Shown here piece by piece: positions 14,302-27,019 of a DNA stretch of 64,000 nt. This DNA comes from Mercenaria mercenaria. Its lineage: Eukaryota. The first letter of the stretch is position 1. Every line of letters begins with the position of its first letter. Under the pieces are notes generated by a model that was not told the origin of the DNA, did not search any database, and worked only from the letters and a program-made list of their open reading frames with translations. Location: contig NC_069369.1 in NCBI RefSeq assembly GCF_021730395.1, forward strand, positions 29,805,250 through 29,869,249, in the 5' to 3' direction. Both the position numbers and the translations under genes were made by a program.

Positions 14302-15348
14302 AGTATATCACCAAAAGCAGTCCTTTTCCGGAATTCAATGTTTATATCAGTATACAGACACACGTTTTGTAGTTTTTGTAATGATAGGGTGTACAGTCGA
14401 AACTCGGTATCTCAAACTCGCTTACCTCGAAATTCCGCTTAAGTTGAAGAAATTTTCAAGTCCCGTCAAATTTCCTTCTTTATATATATGTAATTCAACT
14501 CCGGTTACGTCAAAATTTGACTTACAGACACTCCGGATGTGTCGAAAGGGATTTTCAGTCCCGTCAATAAAATTCAAGTGCATTGTGAACTTGGTAAGTT
14601 GAAGTGAGAAAAATATGCGATAAAATTTCACACATGTCATTGTGAATGTGGTTGGTTTCTAACACATGTCCATGTTTATTGCCTAACCAGAAAGCCGTGA
14701 TGCCGACATATCAAAGGTGCGGCGATTATCAAAGTGAGATGATGCCATACTTGTTTGCACGTACCATAATGATAATTTTTTTATGTAAACAGTAGATTTC
14801 TTTAATCAGCAGTCATTTGTTTTTGAGACGTTATGAAAATTGCTTTTAATTTAAACTAATGAATTAATTAGTTTGAACAGTTGGGATCTTTAATAAGGAT
14901 TAATTAGAGGTAATCGCGATGAGACTGAAAAAAAATTAACTTCTTGGGGGAAAGCATCATTCGTTCAAAATGTCAGATCGAATGTCAATCCCCCGGGAGA
15001 GAAACGTGGTAAAAAAAGGACATTTGATTCAAAAACATTTGAGGTTAGTATCATTTTTATTCTTCAAAAACCTGAAAACACAAACTGTACGGAATCGTGT
15101 ATGCGTAAAGTGCCGACAGCGTATACATGGCATCAAGGAAACAGTTTTTTTTTGTATTAAATGTTTTCCTATTGTGTACTTATTTCGTCCATATACGTCC
15201 CTCCTCATAACTTGAATTTCGGTTATCTCGAAATAAAAAAGCACGGTCCCTTAAAATTCGAGATACAGAGTTTCAACTGTACATTACTCTACAAAACAAG
15301 TGTCAGTATACTGATATAAACACTGAATTTGGGAAAAGGACTGCCTAA
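14302..15348. mobile_element. Non-autonomous DNA transposon with ~110-bp terminal inverted repeats
   Basis: Left end gcagtccttttccggaattcaatgtttatatcagtatacagacac...tgtacagtcgaaactcggtatctc. Right end gagatacagagtttcaactgtaca...gtgtcagtatactgatataaacactgaatttgggaaaaggactgc, its imperfect reverse complement. Confidence 0.55.
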
Positions 15349-15654
15349 AGGGGCCCCACTTCCGGACAGTCAAACACCTTTAAAATCTCACCATTTTCAA
15401 GGAACTGTTACACATGTTTGTTTTGATGCATTTGCAATAGCGTGCACGTGTTGAAATTTCACATAACTAGGTGGAACACAGTTTTCAGCAATTGTTTATT
15501 TTTTATTTCTTTACAAATGGCATTCATTTTCAGAGGGGGACAACTTTTTCAGAATATCTTAAGTACGGGACAGTACGGCATATTGCTTATATATTGAACT
15601 TGAAAACCTAAATGAGACAGAAAAGAAATGATAACACGACTATTTATTTCCAGT

Positions 15655-16190
15655 AGGTTTACTGGACCATCGATAACTGCCAGAATGTTTCCACCTTGCA
15701 AAGAATCGTGTAAGGGGACTTCTGCTTCTGGTATGGGAACATTGGTAGGTTCACTTGGTTCAAAAGCTTAATCGGGGATTGCATTATGGTTGAAGGGGAA
15801 AATGCCACAAGCACAGAATCGGCTCTTAATGTTCGCTTGAACCACTGCACTGTCCCAAGCCACTTTAAACAGAGACGGAAAAGACCATTTTGTTTATCTT
15901 GTGTAAAGCATTTTATTGCAGAAAAGATGAGCATGCTCTGTTATATTCCCTGTTTAGGGGACCAAACACGTCCTGGTCAAGCAGTTGTAGGTATTGCGTA
16001 GTATAGGGTGGTAGTGCTAGCAAGTGGATGTTCTCTTCCATAGCACATTGCAAGATGGCAAGAGTTTCATGATTTGAGTGCCCATCAGGGATAAGAAGTT
16101 GTGGCTTGTCTGGGCCACAACAGTTCAATAAATTGTCAAGAAACCAGTGCTCTCCAATCTGGTCATCCAATCAGCCGTTTTTTGCTCACC
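15655..16190 (-). mobile_element. pogo/Tigger-like DDE transposase remnant (frameshifted)
   Basis: Minus-strand translation LLIPDGHSNHETLAILQCAMEENIHLLALPPYTTQYLQLLDQDVFGPLNREYNRAC matches the DDE_1 consensus (LLxDxxxxH...LPPxTTxxLQPLDQxV). The upstream frame is shifted (FRLCLKWLGTVQWFKR). Confidence 0.6.
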
Positions 16191-16223
16191 TGAGCACAAA
16201 TTTTAGTTCTTATTATTTTCCAG

Positions 16224-16472
16224 GGAAGAGGACTTTTTGCAAAGAAACAGTTTAAAGAAGGAGATGTGATTTTGGAGGAAACCCCACTAGTCAGTTGCCA
16301 ATTTGCCTGGAATGAGTTATACAAGTACAAAGCATGTGAATACTGTTTACGGTCCTTGGAGACTGCGGAGGCAATGTCACGGCGACTGACTGAAAATCCT
16401 AGTGTTGTTTTACCACATCCAGAATGCTGTGAAGTTCGACAAGATCAAATTGTGACATGTCAGCAGTGTGGA
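16224..16472 (+). CDS. SMYD5: SMYD5 exon 2 (N-SET plus first half of MYND with long insert)
   Basis: Acceptor ttattttccag|GGA. GRGLFAKKQFKEGDVILEETPLVSCQFAWNELYKYKACEYCLRSLETAEAMSRRLTENPSVVLPHPECCEVRQDQIVTCQQCG. Donor GGA|GTAAGT. Phase 0 to 0. Confidence 0.85.
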
Positions 16473-16500
16473 GTAAGTACTTTGATGCTTCTGAATTATT

Positions 16501-16745
16501 AGGGGTCTCCGTGGCTGAGTGGTTAAGGTTACTGACTTCAAATTACTTGCCCCTCATTGATGTGGGTTCAAGCCTCACTCGAGGTGTTGAATTCTTCATG
16601 TGTGGAAGCCATCCAGCTGGCTTAAGGAAGGTCGGTTGTTTTACCCAGGTGCCCGCTCGTGATGAAATAATAAACGAAGGGGCATCTTGGGTCTTCCTCC
16701 ACCATCAAAGCTGGGAAGTCGCCATATGACACTATAATAGTGTCA
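16501..16745 (+). mobile_element. tRNA-derived SINE (intronic)
   Basis: tRNA-like head ggggtctccgtggctgagtggttaagg...gggttcaagcctcactcgagg. An inverted copy of the same family lies at 55560-55845. Confidence 0.65.
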
Positions 16746-17067
16746 GTGCGACGTTAAACCCAACAAAATAACTAAATAAATTTGTATTATTAGGTAATGG
16801 TGCTTGCTATTGTACTTTTTATCTGAAACCGTTCTTATAGATTTTGATGAATTTAGTGTTTTCAAGCATTACCATGTGTGAGAAGAAAATGAATGCATCT
16901 ATGTGTATATCTTTAGAGGTTATTATGGTGCAGTTCATATAGTATTCCAGATTCCACACCAATCAAGTTAAAACTGGTTTTGTTGATCATTTTATGTTGT
17001 ATTCGTGATCATACTTTACAGTGGAGCTAACTACAATTTGCTTCTTTCTTTTAAAGCATGACTATTT

Positions 17068-17292
17068 GAGCCGTGCCACGAGAAAACCAACATAGAGGCT
17101 TTGCGACCAGCATGAATCCAGACCAGCCTGCACATCTGCGCAGTCTGGCCAGGATCCATGCTGTTTGCTTTCAAAGCCTATTGCAATAAAAGAAACCGTT
17201 AGCGAACAGCATGGATCCTGAATCCGCACAGGCTGGTCTGGATCCATGCTGGTCGCAAAGCCACTATGTTGGTTTTCCCATGGTGCGGCTCA
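17068..17292. mobile_element. Palindromic MITE family A copy
   Basis: gagccgtgccacgagaaaaccaacatagaggctttgcgaccagcatgaatccagaccagcctg...caggctggtctggatccatgctggtcgcaaagccactatgttggttttcccatggtgcggctca. Confidence 0.8.
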
Positions 17293-17718
17293 TTTCATTC
17301 TTCGAGAAAATGTAGTTCTATAATAAAATGGACACTTCTTTGTAGATGTCAATTGTTTTAGTGGTCAGTATCACCACGTAAGATATCAACTTCAAACATA
17401 TAATTCAACGTGACACATACCAATACAACAACTGAATTACATTATATTCTGTATATATATTTACTTGATCTGTTTTATGCTTTTTTACTGCATCTGCTCA
17501 ACGTCAAGTTGACTTAGATCAAATGTCTTAGCATTGCATTCTACAAAATTATCTTTCTTCTGACTCTGGCTTTTATAATTTGTATTTACTACCAGAGTAA
17601 AATTCCTAACCTAATACAATTATTTTTACTGATTTGATAAGATATTAACATAATGCAGTAGCAAGATTAATATATAGAAGTTGAAAACTTTCATGCCAGT
17701 CATAGATTCTGTTTGCAG

Positions 17719-17910
17719 GTTATATATTGTAGTGAGGAATGTAGAGAAGAGGCTTGGAATAGCTATCATAAATGTTTGTGTCTTGGTCCAGCAAGAGAGG
17801 ATCCAGACCATCCAGTGAACAAACTGATGGAGGTGTGGCGGAACATGCACTATCCCCCTGAGACAGCCAGTATCATGCTCCTTCTTAAAATGATTGCCAT
17901 GGTTAAACAG
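17719..17910 (+). CDS. SMYD5: SMYD5 exon 3 (second half of MYND)
   Basis: Acceptor tgtttgcag|GTT. VIYCSEECREEAWNSYHKCLCLGPAREDPDHPVNKLMEVWRNMHYPPETASIMLLLKMIAMVKQ. Donor CAG|GTAGGG. The YCSxxCxxxxWxxHKxxC MYND motif and HYPPETASIML are shared with vertebrate SMYD5 (recalled from memory). Confidence 0.85.
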
Positions 17911-20610
17911 GTAGGGATAGATAAGCACTGATTGTCATGGTTAAACAGGTAGGGATAGATGCAGCACTGATTGTCATGGTTAAACAGGTAGGGATAGATA
18001 CAGCACTGATTGCCATGGTTAAACAGGTAGGGATAGATACAGCATTGATTGCCATGGTTAAACAGGTAGGGTTAGATACAGCACTGATTGTCATGGTTAA
18101 ACAGGTAGGGATAGATACAGCACTGATTGTCATGGTTAAACAGGTAGGGATAGATACAGCACTGATCGCCATGGTTAAACAGGTAGGGATAGATACAGCA
18201 CTGATTGTCAAGGTTAAACAGGTAGGGTTAGATACAGCAGTAGGGATAGATACAGCAGTGATTGTCATGGTTAAACAGGTAGGGATAGATACAGCACTGA
18301 TCGCCATGGTTAAAAAGGTAGGGATAGATACAGCAGTGATTGTCATGGTTAAACAGGTAGGGATAGATACAGCGGTAGGGATAGATACAGCACTGATTGT
18401 CATGGTTAAACAGATAGGGAAAGATTCTGCACTGATTGCCATGGTTTAAAAGGTAGGAACAGATACAGCAATGATTGCCATGTTTGAACAGGTAGGGTTA
18501 GATACAGCAGTAGGGATAGATACAGCACTGATTGTCATGGTTAAACAGGTAGGGATAGATACAGCACTGATCACCATGGTTAAAAAGGTAGGGATAGATA
18601 CAGCACTGATTGTCATGGTTTAACAGGTAGGGATAGATACAGCAGTAGGGATAGATACAGCACTGATTGTCATGGTTAAACAGGTAGGGATAGATACAGC
18701 ACTGATCGCCATGGTTAAAAAGGTAGGGATAGATACAGCACTGATTGTCGTGGTTTAACAAGTAGGGATAGATACAGCAGTAGGGATAGATACAGCACTG
18801 ATTGTCATGGTTAAACAGATAGGGAATGATTCTGCACTGATTGCCATGGTTTAAAAGGTAGGAACAGATACAGCAATGATTGCCATAGTTTAAAAGGTAG
18901 AAACAGATACAGCAATGATTGCCATGGTTTAACAGGTAGGGATAGATACTGCACTGATTGCCATGGCAGGTAGTGATAGGTACTGCACTGATTGCCATGG
19001 TTAAACAGGAAGTGATAGGTACAGCAATGATTGCCATGGTTTAACAGGTAGTGATAGGTACAGCAATGATTGCTGCGGATAGGTAAAACAGTGATTGCCT
19101 TGGTTAAACAGGTACCGGTAGGTAGGGGCCTCTTTGGGAAAGGTCACTGACTTCGAAACACTTACCCCTTATTGATTTAGATTTAAAACCTTGCTATGGA
19201 TGTAAAATTCTTTATTTGAAGAAGCCATGCAGTCGGTTTACAGAAGATCGGTGGTTCTACCGCTTGCCCACCAATGCATTAAATGGCTTGAACTAAAAAG
19301 CTTGAAAAAGTTGCCATATGACCTAAATTATGTCAGTGAAACTCTAAACTCGACAATAACGGCATCGTCACTGAAAAAAGCTGCAGTGGTTACAATGATT
19401 AAACATATAGGGATAAGTACAACAATTATTGCCACGGTTTAACAGGTAGTGATAGGTACCACACTGATTGCCATGGTTTAACAGGTAGTGATAGGTACAG
19501 CAATGATAGTCATGGTTTAACAGGTAGTGATAGGTACCGCAATGATGGCCATGGTTTAACAGGTAGTGATAGGTACAGCAATGATAGCCATGGTTTAACA
19601 GGTAGTGATAGGTACCGCAGTAATTGCCATGGTTTAACAGGTAGTGATAGGTACAGCAATGATAGCCATGGTTTAACAGGTAGTGATAGGTACAGCAATG
19701 ATGGCCATGGTTTAACATCAATAATTGCCATGGTTGAACAGGTAGTGATAGGTACCGCAATAATTGCCATGGTTTAACAGGTAGTGATAGGTACAGCAAT
19801 GATAGCCATGGTTTAACAGGTAGTGATAGGTACAGCAATGATTGCCATGGTTTAACAGGTAGTGATAGGTACATGTACAGCAATGATTGCCATGGTTTAA
19901 TAGGTAGTGACAGGTACCGCAATGATGGCCATGGTTTAACAGGTAGTGATAGATACAGCAATGATTGCCATATTTTAACAGGTAGTGATAGGTACAGCAA
20001 TGATTGCCATGGTTTAACAGGTAGTGATAGGTACATGTACAGCAATGATTGCCATGGTTTAATAGGTAGTGATAGGTACCGCAATGATGGCCATGGTTTA
20101 ACAGGTAGTGATAGATACAGCAATGATTGCCATAGTTTAACAGGTAGTGATAGGTACCGCAATGATGGCCATGGTTTAACATCAATAATTGCCATGGTTT
20201 AACAGGTAGTGATAGGTACTGCAATGATGGCCATGGTTAAACAGGTAGTGATAGATACAGCAATGATTGCCATAGTTTAACAGGTAGTGATAGGTACCAC
20301 AATGATGGCCATGGTTTAACATCAATAATTGCCATGGTTTAACAGGTGGTGATAGGTACCGCAGTGATGGCCATGGTTTAACAGGTAGTGATAGATACAG
20401 CAATGATTGCCATAGTTTAACAGGTAGTGATAGGTACAGCAATGATGGCCATGGTTTAACATCAATAACTGCCATGGTTTAACATCAATAATTGCCATGG
20501 TTTAACAGGTAGTGATAGGTACCGCAATGATGGCCATTGTTTAACAGGTAGTGATAGATACAGCAATGATTGCCATGGTTTAACAGGTGGTGATAGGCAC
20601 AGGTGTATGT
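17911..20610. repeat. 39-40-bp minisatellite, about 68 units, starting at the first intron base of SMYD5 exon 3's donor
   Basis: Unit gtagggatagatacagcactgattg(c/t)catggttaaacag. It reiterates the last 19 nt of exon 3 plus the GTAGGG donor. Downstream variant gtagtgataggtacagcaatgattgccatggtttaacag. The track's long ORFs here (179, 275 aa and others) are periodic artefacts. Confidence 0.9.
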
Positions 20611-20963
20611 TCTCCCTGAAAGTCATTTGCTCTCTATAAATTTGTTATGATGAATAAGCTAGAACTTAGATGAAACCAAAGACCACTCTAGTCTCAAAAA
20701 TTTAGTTTATGAAATTGAAATATGAGATAATGGTGATGTGTATACTAGATTGAACAAGTAAAATATTCACAATTTGTCATACAAATATATAAGTGTAAAT
20801 TTTATTACTAAGACTTGACAAGCTATTTTATTTTGATATAGATAATTCTTCCTATAACTCTGTTTTTAACTAGGATATCATAGGAGACATTTGTCCAGAC
20901 TGTTAAATTTCTGTGACAAGATTTTAACTTGCGTCTGTCTCAGAAGGTTTTTTTTTATGTCAG

Positions 20964-21068
20964 GCAGAAGATCCGAGTACAGTGCTGAGTGACTTCAGTC
21001 AGTTTGTACAGGTTACTGTGAATGAGGAGGAGCATGCTGTCCATAAACTGTTAGGAAAACAATTCCAG
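20964..21068 (+). CDS. SMYD5: SMYD5 exon 4
   Basis: Acceptor ttttatgtcag|GCA. AEDPSTVLSDFSQFVQVTVNEEEHAVHKLLGKQFQ. Donor CAG|GTAACC. Phase 0. Confidence 0.8.
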
Positions 21069-21761
21069 GTAACCAGTATAGTGACTACTGCTTGTTCTGC
21101 CTTTTCCATAACAAGATTCTTTAAAGATTAAACAATACAATTCATATTATAGATTATTCTGTTAAAAGAACTGTTAAGGTGGTGGTAGGAACTTTTTCAA
21201 TTTTATAAATATCTTTATTAGCTTTAAATTTACTGTTGAGAAATGATTTTATTAGGTATTTTCCATTGTAAATTTCAGCCATTTTTGACTCCATTTAAAA
21301 AAAAAATCAATTTTGACTTTATTTATGAATGGATTGTTGTTTCAAGATATCTTAGTTAGCATAAAATCAACATTTCCATGCAAAAAATTTGTGTAATTCG
21401 TCATTTTGCCTGATTTTTACAGTGGGGAAAAATTGCGATAGAATTGACATTGTTAAAGATGTTTTAAAATTCAATGATTTTTCTATCACCCTAGGTATCT
21501 ATAGTTTATATTCAAGTCTTGCACTATTAATCTTTATATTATGAAAAAACACTGATACAGATTAGGTGGATCAAACAGTGTTTGACAAATTTACATGTAT
21601 TGATAATGACATTTAAACATGGAAAAGTATAAATTTATTTATTTAAGTAGTTACATTTTCAATAAATGAAAGTCTTTGTAATCTTTAACCAAGCGGTCAT
21701 TTAAAATTTTCATGTCGCATCATTTTGGTGTTACTAGATGTTAGGTGATTATTTATTTCAG

Positions 21762-21824
21762 GAACAACTTGAACTTATTCGAAGTATGGTTGCAGAACTT
21801 TTTTACGATGACAGAATTCAACAG
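21762..21824 (+). CDS. SMYD5: SMYD5 exon 5
   Basis: Acceptor tttatttcag|GAA. EQLELIRSMVAELFYDDRIQQ. Donor CAG|GTATAC. Confidence 0.8.
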
Positions 21825-22025
21825 GTATACAAATGATACATGAGTTAATTTAGACCACACATTTGGTCACAGAATAGATACGGTTATTTAAAAGAAATGA
21901 TGGTCTTTAGTCGTGTCCTATTTATAAAGCATAGTCTTACTATTGTGTTAGAAAAAAATGCTCATTGTGAAGCTGGCTTGTGCTTTGAATCCATTTTTAA
22001 AAGTTTTTGAAACTGTTACAAATAT

Positions 22026-22212
22026 GAGCCGCGCCATGAGAAAACCAACGCAGTCTGGTCAGGATCCATGCTGCTCGCTAACAGTTTCTCTAATTCCAAT
22101 AGGCTTTGAAAGCGAACAGCATGGATCCTGACCAGACTGCGTGGATGCGCAGGCTGGTCTGGATCCATGCTGGTCGCAAACCCACTATGTTGGCTTTCTC
22201 ATGGCGCGGCTC
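22026..22212. mobile_element. Palindromic MITE family A copy (shorter, internal deletion)
   Basis: gagccgcgccatgagaaaaccaacgcagtctggtcaggatccatgctgctcgctaacagtttctctaattccaataggctttgaaagcgaacagcatggatcctgaccagactgcgtggatgcgcaggctggtctggatccatgctggtcgcaaacccactatgttggctttctcatggcgcggctca. Confidence 0.8.
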
Positions 22213-22348
22213 AATTATGTTTTAGTCACTTGGATAATAGTGGAATTCTAAAGATGTTAGACAATTTCAAACACTTAACTAAGCTCTATGTAGACCAGCA
22301 GAATTGAAAGAGTTTCTTTAAATTTAGTAAGTTTCTGTATAATTACAG

Positions 22349-22419
22349 TGGCTGACAGGAGATGGTTTCCGGTCTGTGTTTGCTTTAATGGGAACCAATC
22401 AGCAAGGCATTGGCTCCAG
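22349..22419 (+). CDS. SMYD5: SMYD5 exon 6
   Basis: Acceptor aattacag|TGG. WLTGDGFRSVFALMGTNQQGIGS. Donor CAG|GTACCA. Ends in phase 2. Confidence 0.8.
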
Positions 22420-23009
22420 GTACCATTTTAATCATATCACTGTTGTTTTAGTAATTAGGAAATGTAAGAAAATGTTTATCATATCGCTAGATGGTGTTTT
22501 CTATTCAATGAACAATGTTCTGTCACTTACTGTATGCCTGTATATAGGTGGTCTCTTCTGCTGCTGTTGTTTGGTTTGTTGACTTTAAGTCTGTATTGTT
22601 TTATATGGAAGCTTTTATGCAAAAATTGTAGTTTTATGTTGACTGAAATGTTTGGAGTGCCACCTGGGGTCTTCATTGTTAAAGCTGGAAAGAAACAATC
22701 TGACAATTTTATGTGTGTTTGTTACTCAGAACTGAAAATGCCTTTGTGTAAAATGACAATCTTACTAAAATGGTTTATGCTTTTAAGCAAAGTAATCTTT
22801 AATCTAGGGAGCACTGACAGCCATTTAAATTTGAACGATTAAACTTATCAACATGGCAGCCATTTAAGTTTGAATGATTAAAATTGTTAACGTTACAGCA
22901 TTTAAGTGACTGTTAACTGTTACAGAGTTTGGGAGATACTATGTAAAATATTGTACAACATTTAACTGGAATAAACCTATTCATTTTGGTACTGTTTATA
23001 CTTCTGTAG

Positions 23010-23116
23010 CTCTATCAGTGTATGGGCAAAGAACTGTGATGATTTAGAGTTACCAGAAGATGAGAAAGTTGTGCTAGATAAGTTTATAGACCAGCTATAC
23101 GATGATTTAGATCGAG
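23010..23116 (+). CDS. SMYD5: SMYD5 exon 7
   Basis: Acceptor cttctgtag|C. SISVWAKNCDDLELPEDEKVVLDKFIDQLYDDLDR. Donor CGAG|GTAAAG. Phase 2 to 1. Confidence 0.8.
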
Positions 23117-23509
23117 GTAAAGAACAACACCGTTCTTGTTCTCAATACTTGTAATTGATAATTCTCTGAATACATACCCATATCAATTAATGCTGTTTTG
23201 CCAATATAGATATTCTGTGTATTAGTAGAGGGCATAATTAAGAGAACAAGGAAATTGTTTATAAGATAATAAACATATTACACAGTAAACATGTATGAGA
23301 ATTAATAGAATCACATTGTCTTAAAGTTTTTTGTTCACATTTACAAATATAAGACATTTTAGAAGTATTTTTATCAAAATTCTGGTTGTTTTGTCAGAGA
23401 CACGAATGAAGTAAAGGCGGGAAAGACTGTATGAATGATTTATTCAGTGCTCTTTTAGTGAATATAAATCAAACACCTATTTACTTACATTTTTTGTGTT
23501 ATATTTTAG

Positions 23510-23566
23510 TGTCGGACACATTTTTGAACTGTGAAGGTGCTGGCTTGTACAAGCTACAGAGTGCTT
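23510..23566 (+). CDS. SMYD5: SMYD5 exon 8
   Basis: Acceptor tattttag|TG. [19 protein letters not shown](C). Donor CTT|GTAAGT. Phase 1 to 1. Confidence 0.8.
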
Positions 23567-24649
23567 GTAAGTATTTTATTGCCGTGCAATACATTTCTTT
23601 TCCTATTTTTTAAACTGGGTCTAGTTATTTTTGTGATTATCAGCCTTAAATATTTCTCAGGAACCATTGGCTAGAATTCATTCAAACTTCACAGGAAGCT
23701 TTACTATCAGGAAGACCTGCAAATATCTTTAGCCTGTACCAGTTGGATGTAGTATTATAGAGTTATAGCCCTTTCATGGTAATTATAAAAAGAAATGTTA
23801 AGATTACTACTCCTAGTCTATTGGTCGGATTTGAATGAAACTTCATATGAGTGGTTGGTATGAAACCTTGTTGCATATATTTTATGAACTTTTCGTTGGA
23901 ACGATTTTTCATGGAGTTATGTTCCTTTAATATTTAGTGTTCCAAAAAAAAAAAGACTAGAAACACATCAATTTTAACGCGTGCTGCTTATTGTAGTACC
24001 GCTTATATCAGAAACAATTAGAAAATCACACCACACCTGTGTGCAAACTTTAAAGTTAGCGGTACATCATAAAGAATGTATCATTTATAATTTAAAAAGT
24101 AAACCAGTCCAATTTTATGCCGACTTCACAGTTTGCTCCAGAAGTTCAGCTTAGCGTTTTATTAGTCGCCAATATATAGAGTAATTACGCTATTTAACAT
24201 GCAGGTTTTTTAAAGAAATCTCATGAAAAGCTTCACTACTAACAGATGTGCGTATTTATCAGGCTGTTCCAGCTTGATGATTTTTCACAGAGTTTTGGCC
24301 CTTTGGTTTTGCTAATTTTGTGTACTGTTGCACCATAGAGTACTGAAGGGATTTCATTGCAGTCTATATAAATGAGGCAACTGGAATTTTAAATGACTGC
24401 TTGGCTTAGTGCATGGCACAGAAACTATATTTTTTATCACAAGGTCTTGCAAAATGAAATCCCAATTGGTACATCACATTTATGCATATATTAAGCACTG
24501 TTGGGGAATATCCATTGGTTTCACCAATCCCTTGGTTGAAAATTAAATAATGCCTTTATCATTTCTTCAGATAAAATCATTTTTAATGCAACAACGTAAG
24601 TATACAGAGTAGTACATTTTAACTTGCATTGACTCGAATTTATCTGCAG

Positions 24650-24744
24650 GCAATCACAGTTGCTCACCAAATGCTGAGATAGCATTTACCAAACAGAACC
24701 ATACACTGTCATTGGTAGCATTAGAAGATATAGCCCCAGAACAG
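24650..24744 (+). CDS. SMYD5: SMYD5 exon 9 (core SET with NHSCSPN)
   Basis: Acceptor tatctgcag|GC. (C)[31 protein letters not shown]. Donor CAG|GTAAAA. Confidence 0.85.
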
Positions 24745-24896
24745 GTAAAACGGATTACAACTTTCTAGATGAAAACCAACTTTATGTCACATTTCTGTGT
24801 AATTTAGTAGAAAGTTTAAAACTCTTGTCTGTAACTATGGGTCATGACCTTTGAAATGAAAATAAGAATAAAAAAAGAAGCATAACTATTCTATAA

Positions 24897-25420
24897 ATGT
24901 TCTTTTATTTGTTTAAGGGATGTACAATATTTAGCACAGAAAAAGTAACACAGGTGTTGTGTCATGTCTTGGGCTCGTTCTCTCCGATATCAAGATGTAA
25001 AATTGTACTATTCTGTTTGTCAAGCCCGCTTGCGGGGAGCTCGATATGGTTGTCACTTTTGGTGGGTCGTACTTGTGTGCAATTTTGTCCAGACCATAAC
25101 TTTGACATTTATGGACCAATCTTGTTCATATTTGGCATGAATGTTTACCTCAGTGAGATGGAATGTCAAGCACAAACCCCATGTTCCTATCTCAAAGGTC
25201 AAGGTCACAGTTTGATGTCAAAGATCAAATTGAAGTTTGTCCGGACCATAACTTTGACATGCATGGACTAATCTTGTTTATATTTGGCATGAATGTTAAC
25301 CTCGATAAGAGGGAGTGTCATGCGCAAACCCCATGTTCCTATCTCAAAAGTCAAGGTCTCAGTTGGAGGTCAAAGGTCAAGTTGAAGTTTGTCTGGAGCA
25401 TTTCTTCTTCATGCATGGTG
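24897..25420. repeat. ~165-bp satellite-like repeat, about 2.5 units, intronic
   Basis: gtccagaccataactttgacat.tatggacc(a)atcttgtt.atatttggcatgaatgtt.acctc...caagcacaaaccccatgttcctatctcaaaggtcaaggtc repeated. The track ORFs 24897-25516 lie inside it. Confidence 0.6.
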
Positions 25421-25530
25421 GTATTAGAGGACCAAGGTGCTGGTGGGTTCGACATTCTGCCTGTGGGCATGCAGAATGTATTTCTAGTTATACTTTGCTA
25501 CAAGTGTTATAAATAGAGTTTGTATTTCAG

Positions 25531-25601
25531 GAGATTTGTATAAGCTATCTAGATGGCTGTGATAAAGAGAGGAGCAGACATAGCAGACAGAAGTTATTGA
25601 G
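25531..25601 (+). CDS. SMYD5: SMYD5 exon 10 (SET C-terminal)
   Basis: Acceptor gtatttcag|[26 protein letters not shown](R). Donor GAG|GTAATA. Compare vertebrate SMYD5 [19 protein letters not shown]. Confidence 0.85.
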
Positions 25602-26210
25602 GTAATAAGTAAATAATGGTGCAGTTAGCTGGTAACTTGTAAATAATGGTGCAGTTAGCTGGTAACTAGTAAATAATGGTGCAGTTAGCTGGTAACTTGT
25701 AAATAATGGTGCAGTTAGCTGGTGACTAGTAAATAATGGTGCAGTTAGCTGATAACTAGTAAATAATGGTGCAGTTAGCTGGTGACTAGTAAATAATGGC
25801 GCAGTTAGCTGGTGACTAGTAAATAATGGCGCAGTTAGCAGGTGACTAGTAAATAATGGCGCAGTTAGCTGGTGACTAGTAAATAAGGACGCAGTTAGCT
25901 GGTGACTAGTAAATAATGGCGCAGTTAGCTGGTGACTAGTAAATAATGGCGCAGTTAGCTGGTGACTAGTAAATAATGGCGCAGTTAACTGGTGACTAGT
26001 AAATAATGGCGCAGTTAGCTGGTGACTAGTAAATAATGGCGCAGTTAGCTGGTGACTAGTAAATAATGGCGCAGTTAGCTGGTGACTAGTAAATAAGGGC
26101 GCAGTTAGCTGGTGACTAGTAAATAATGGCGCAGTTAGCTGGTGACTAGTAAATAAGGGCGCAGTTAGCTGGTGACTAGTAAATAAGGGCGCAGTTAGCT
26201 GGTGACTAGT
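25602..26210. repeat. ~30-bp minisatellite, about 20 units, starting exactly at SMYD5 exon 10's donor
   Basis: Unit gtaa(c/t)tagtaaataatgg(t/c)gcagttagctg. The first unit begins with the donor GTAATAAGTAAAT. It continues after a 1-kb interruption at 27230-28850. Confidence 0.85.
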
Positions 26211-26235
26211 ATCCCCACATCACTTATTACCAGTG

Positions 26236-27019
26236 GTTACCTATTACCGGTGCAATCCGAAAATCTCGAATATTTACTTCCTGAAGAGCACTTCCGGAAT
26301 CCTTTGTTTACAAAATTACACGACTATTCGTCAAGTGTATCTTCCGTGAAATATGTCCTTTCTAAGGGTAAGTTACTTATTTATTCTATATGAATTGATA
26401 GAAAATATGTTTTTCCAGTGTACTTTACTGATAAACTTCAGTAACACTCGATGAATTATGAATAATTCCCCAGAAAATAAGTGACAGAAGGAGTTTCCTC
26501 TTGCAAATGACGTCATCAAGCACTGCCTCACACATGCGCTTTTTGGCGCCCTTTTTGATGAACAATACTACTGGACTAAACTTCCGACTTTCATTGTTAA
26601 GAACTGAGAAATCAAATTTCATTCAATATATTGTGTGCATGTTATGCATGTGGTAAGGTTTTTTGTTTATTTCATTACAGTTACAAGCTAAAGAGTGATA
26701 AGTGTGGTCATTGGACACACCTGAAATACTGCCGTGCTGTGAAGTTTTTAAGGAGTCATGATGAGTTCTTTAAATCACCACTGAATGTGATAATTCTGGT
26801 TTACCTGTGATTTTGACAAAAATGTGACAAAGTGCTGTTTGTGATATTATTCATTTATTTTATTCATGTTATATGTTATAATATACTGTTCTTCTCCACA
26901 GCAGATTAAATAATCCAGTAGCCAGAACATTAAGCTGTGTTTACTTGTTATTTTTGTGTTTCTGGATGGAAGTTTAATGCAGTAGCATTATTTCCCACAA
27001 TTCCACCGGTAATAGGTAA
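26236..27019. mobile_element. Candidate insertion interrupting the minisatellite, bounded by a 17-bp perfect inverted repeat
   Basis: gttacctattaccggtg at 26236-26252 and its reverse complement caccggtaataggtaac at 27003-27019. The interior is unique and non-repetitive. A further caccggtaattgg lies near 27209. Confidence 0.35.

Noticed and set aside
14970-15215. ORF MSDRMSIPRERNVVKKGHLIQKHLR with a gttagt donor, considered as SMYD5 exon 1
   Set aside because: Its phase is incompatible with exon 2, since joining introduces a stop. It lies inside the 14302-15348 TIR element. The ATG at 10118 instead gives the canonical SMYD N-terminus.
15913-16170. 85-aa minus-strand ORF as a host exon
   Set aside because: It is a DDE_1 (pogo/Tigger) transposase fragment with an adjacent frameshift, that is, a decayed transposon inside SMYD5 intron 1.
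17903-20475. Long ORFs in the six-frame track (179, 170, 179, 275, 168, 109, 97 aa and others)
   Set aside because: All lie inside the 39-bp minisatellite. Their periodic amino-acid repeats (for example AVSIPTCLTMTIS) arise from a stop-free repeat unit. They have no splice context and no homology signal.
26202-26393. ORF ...GYLLPVQSENLEYLLPEEHFRNPLF... with a GTAAGT donor, considered as a SMYD5 exon
   Set aside because: It has no SET-domain similarity. The true penultimate exon (EICISYLDG...[11 protein letters not shown]) is at 25531-25601, and this segment lies inside the minisatellite insertion.
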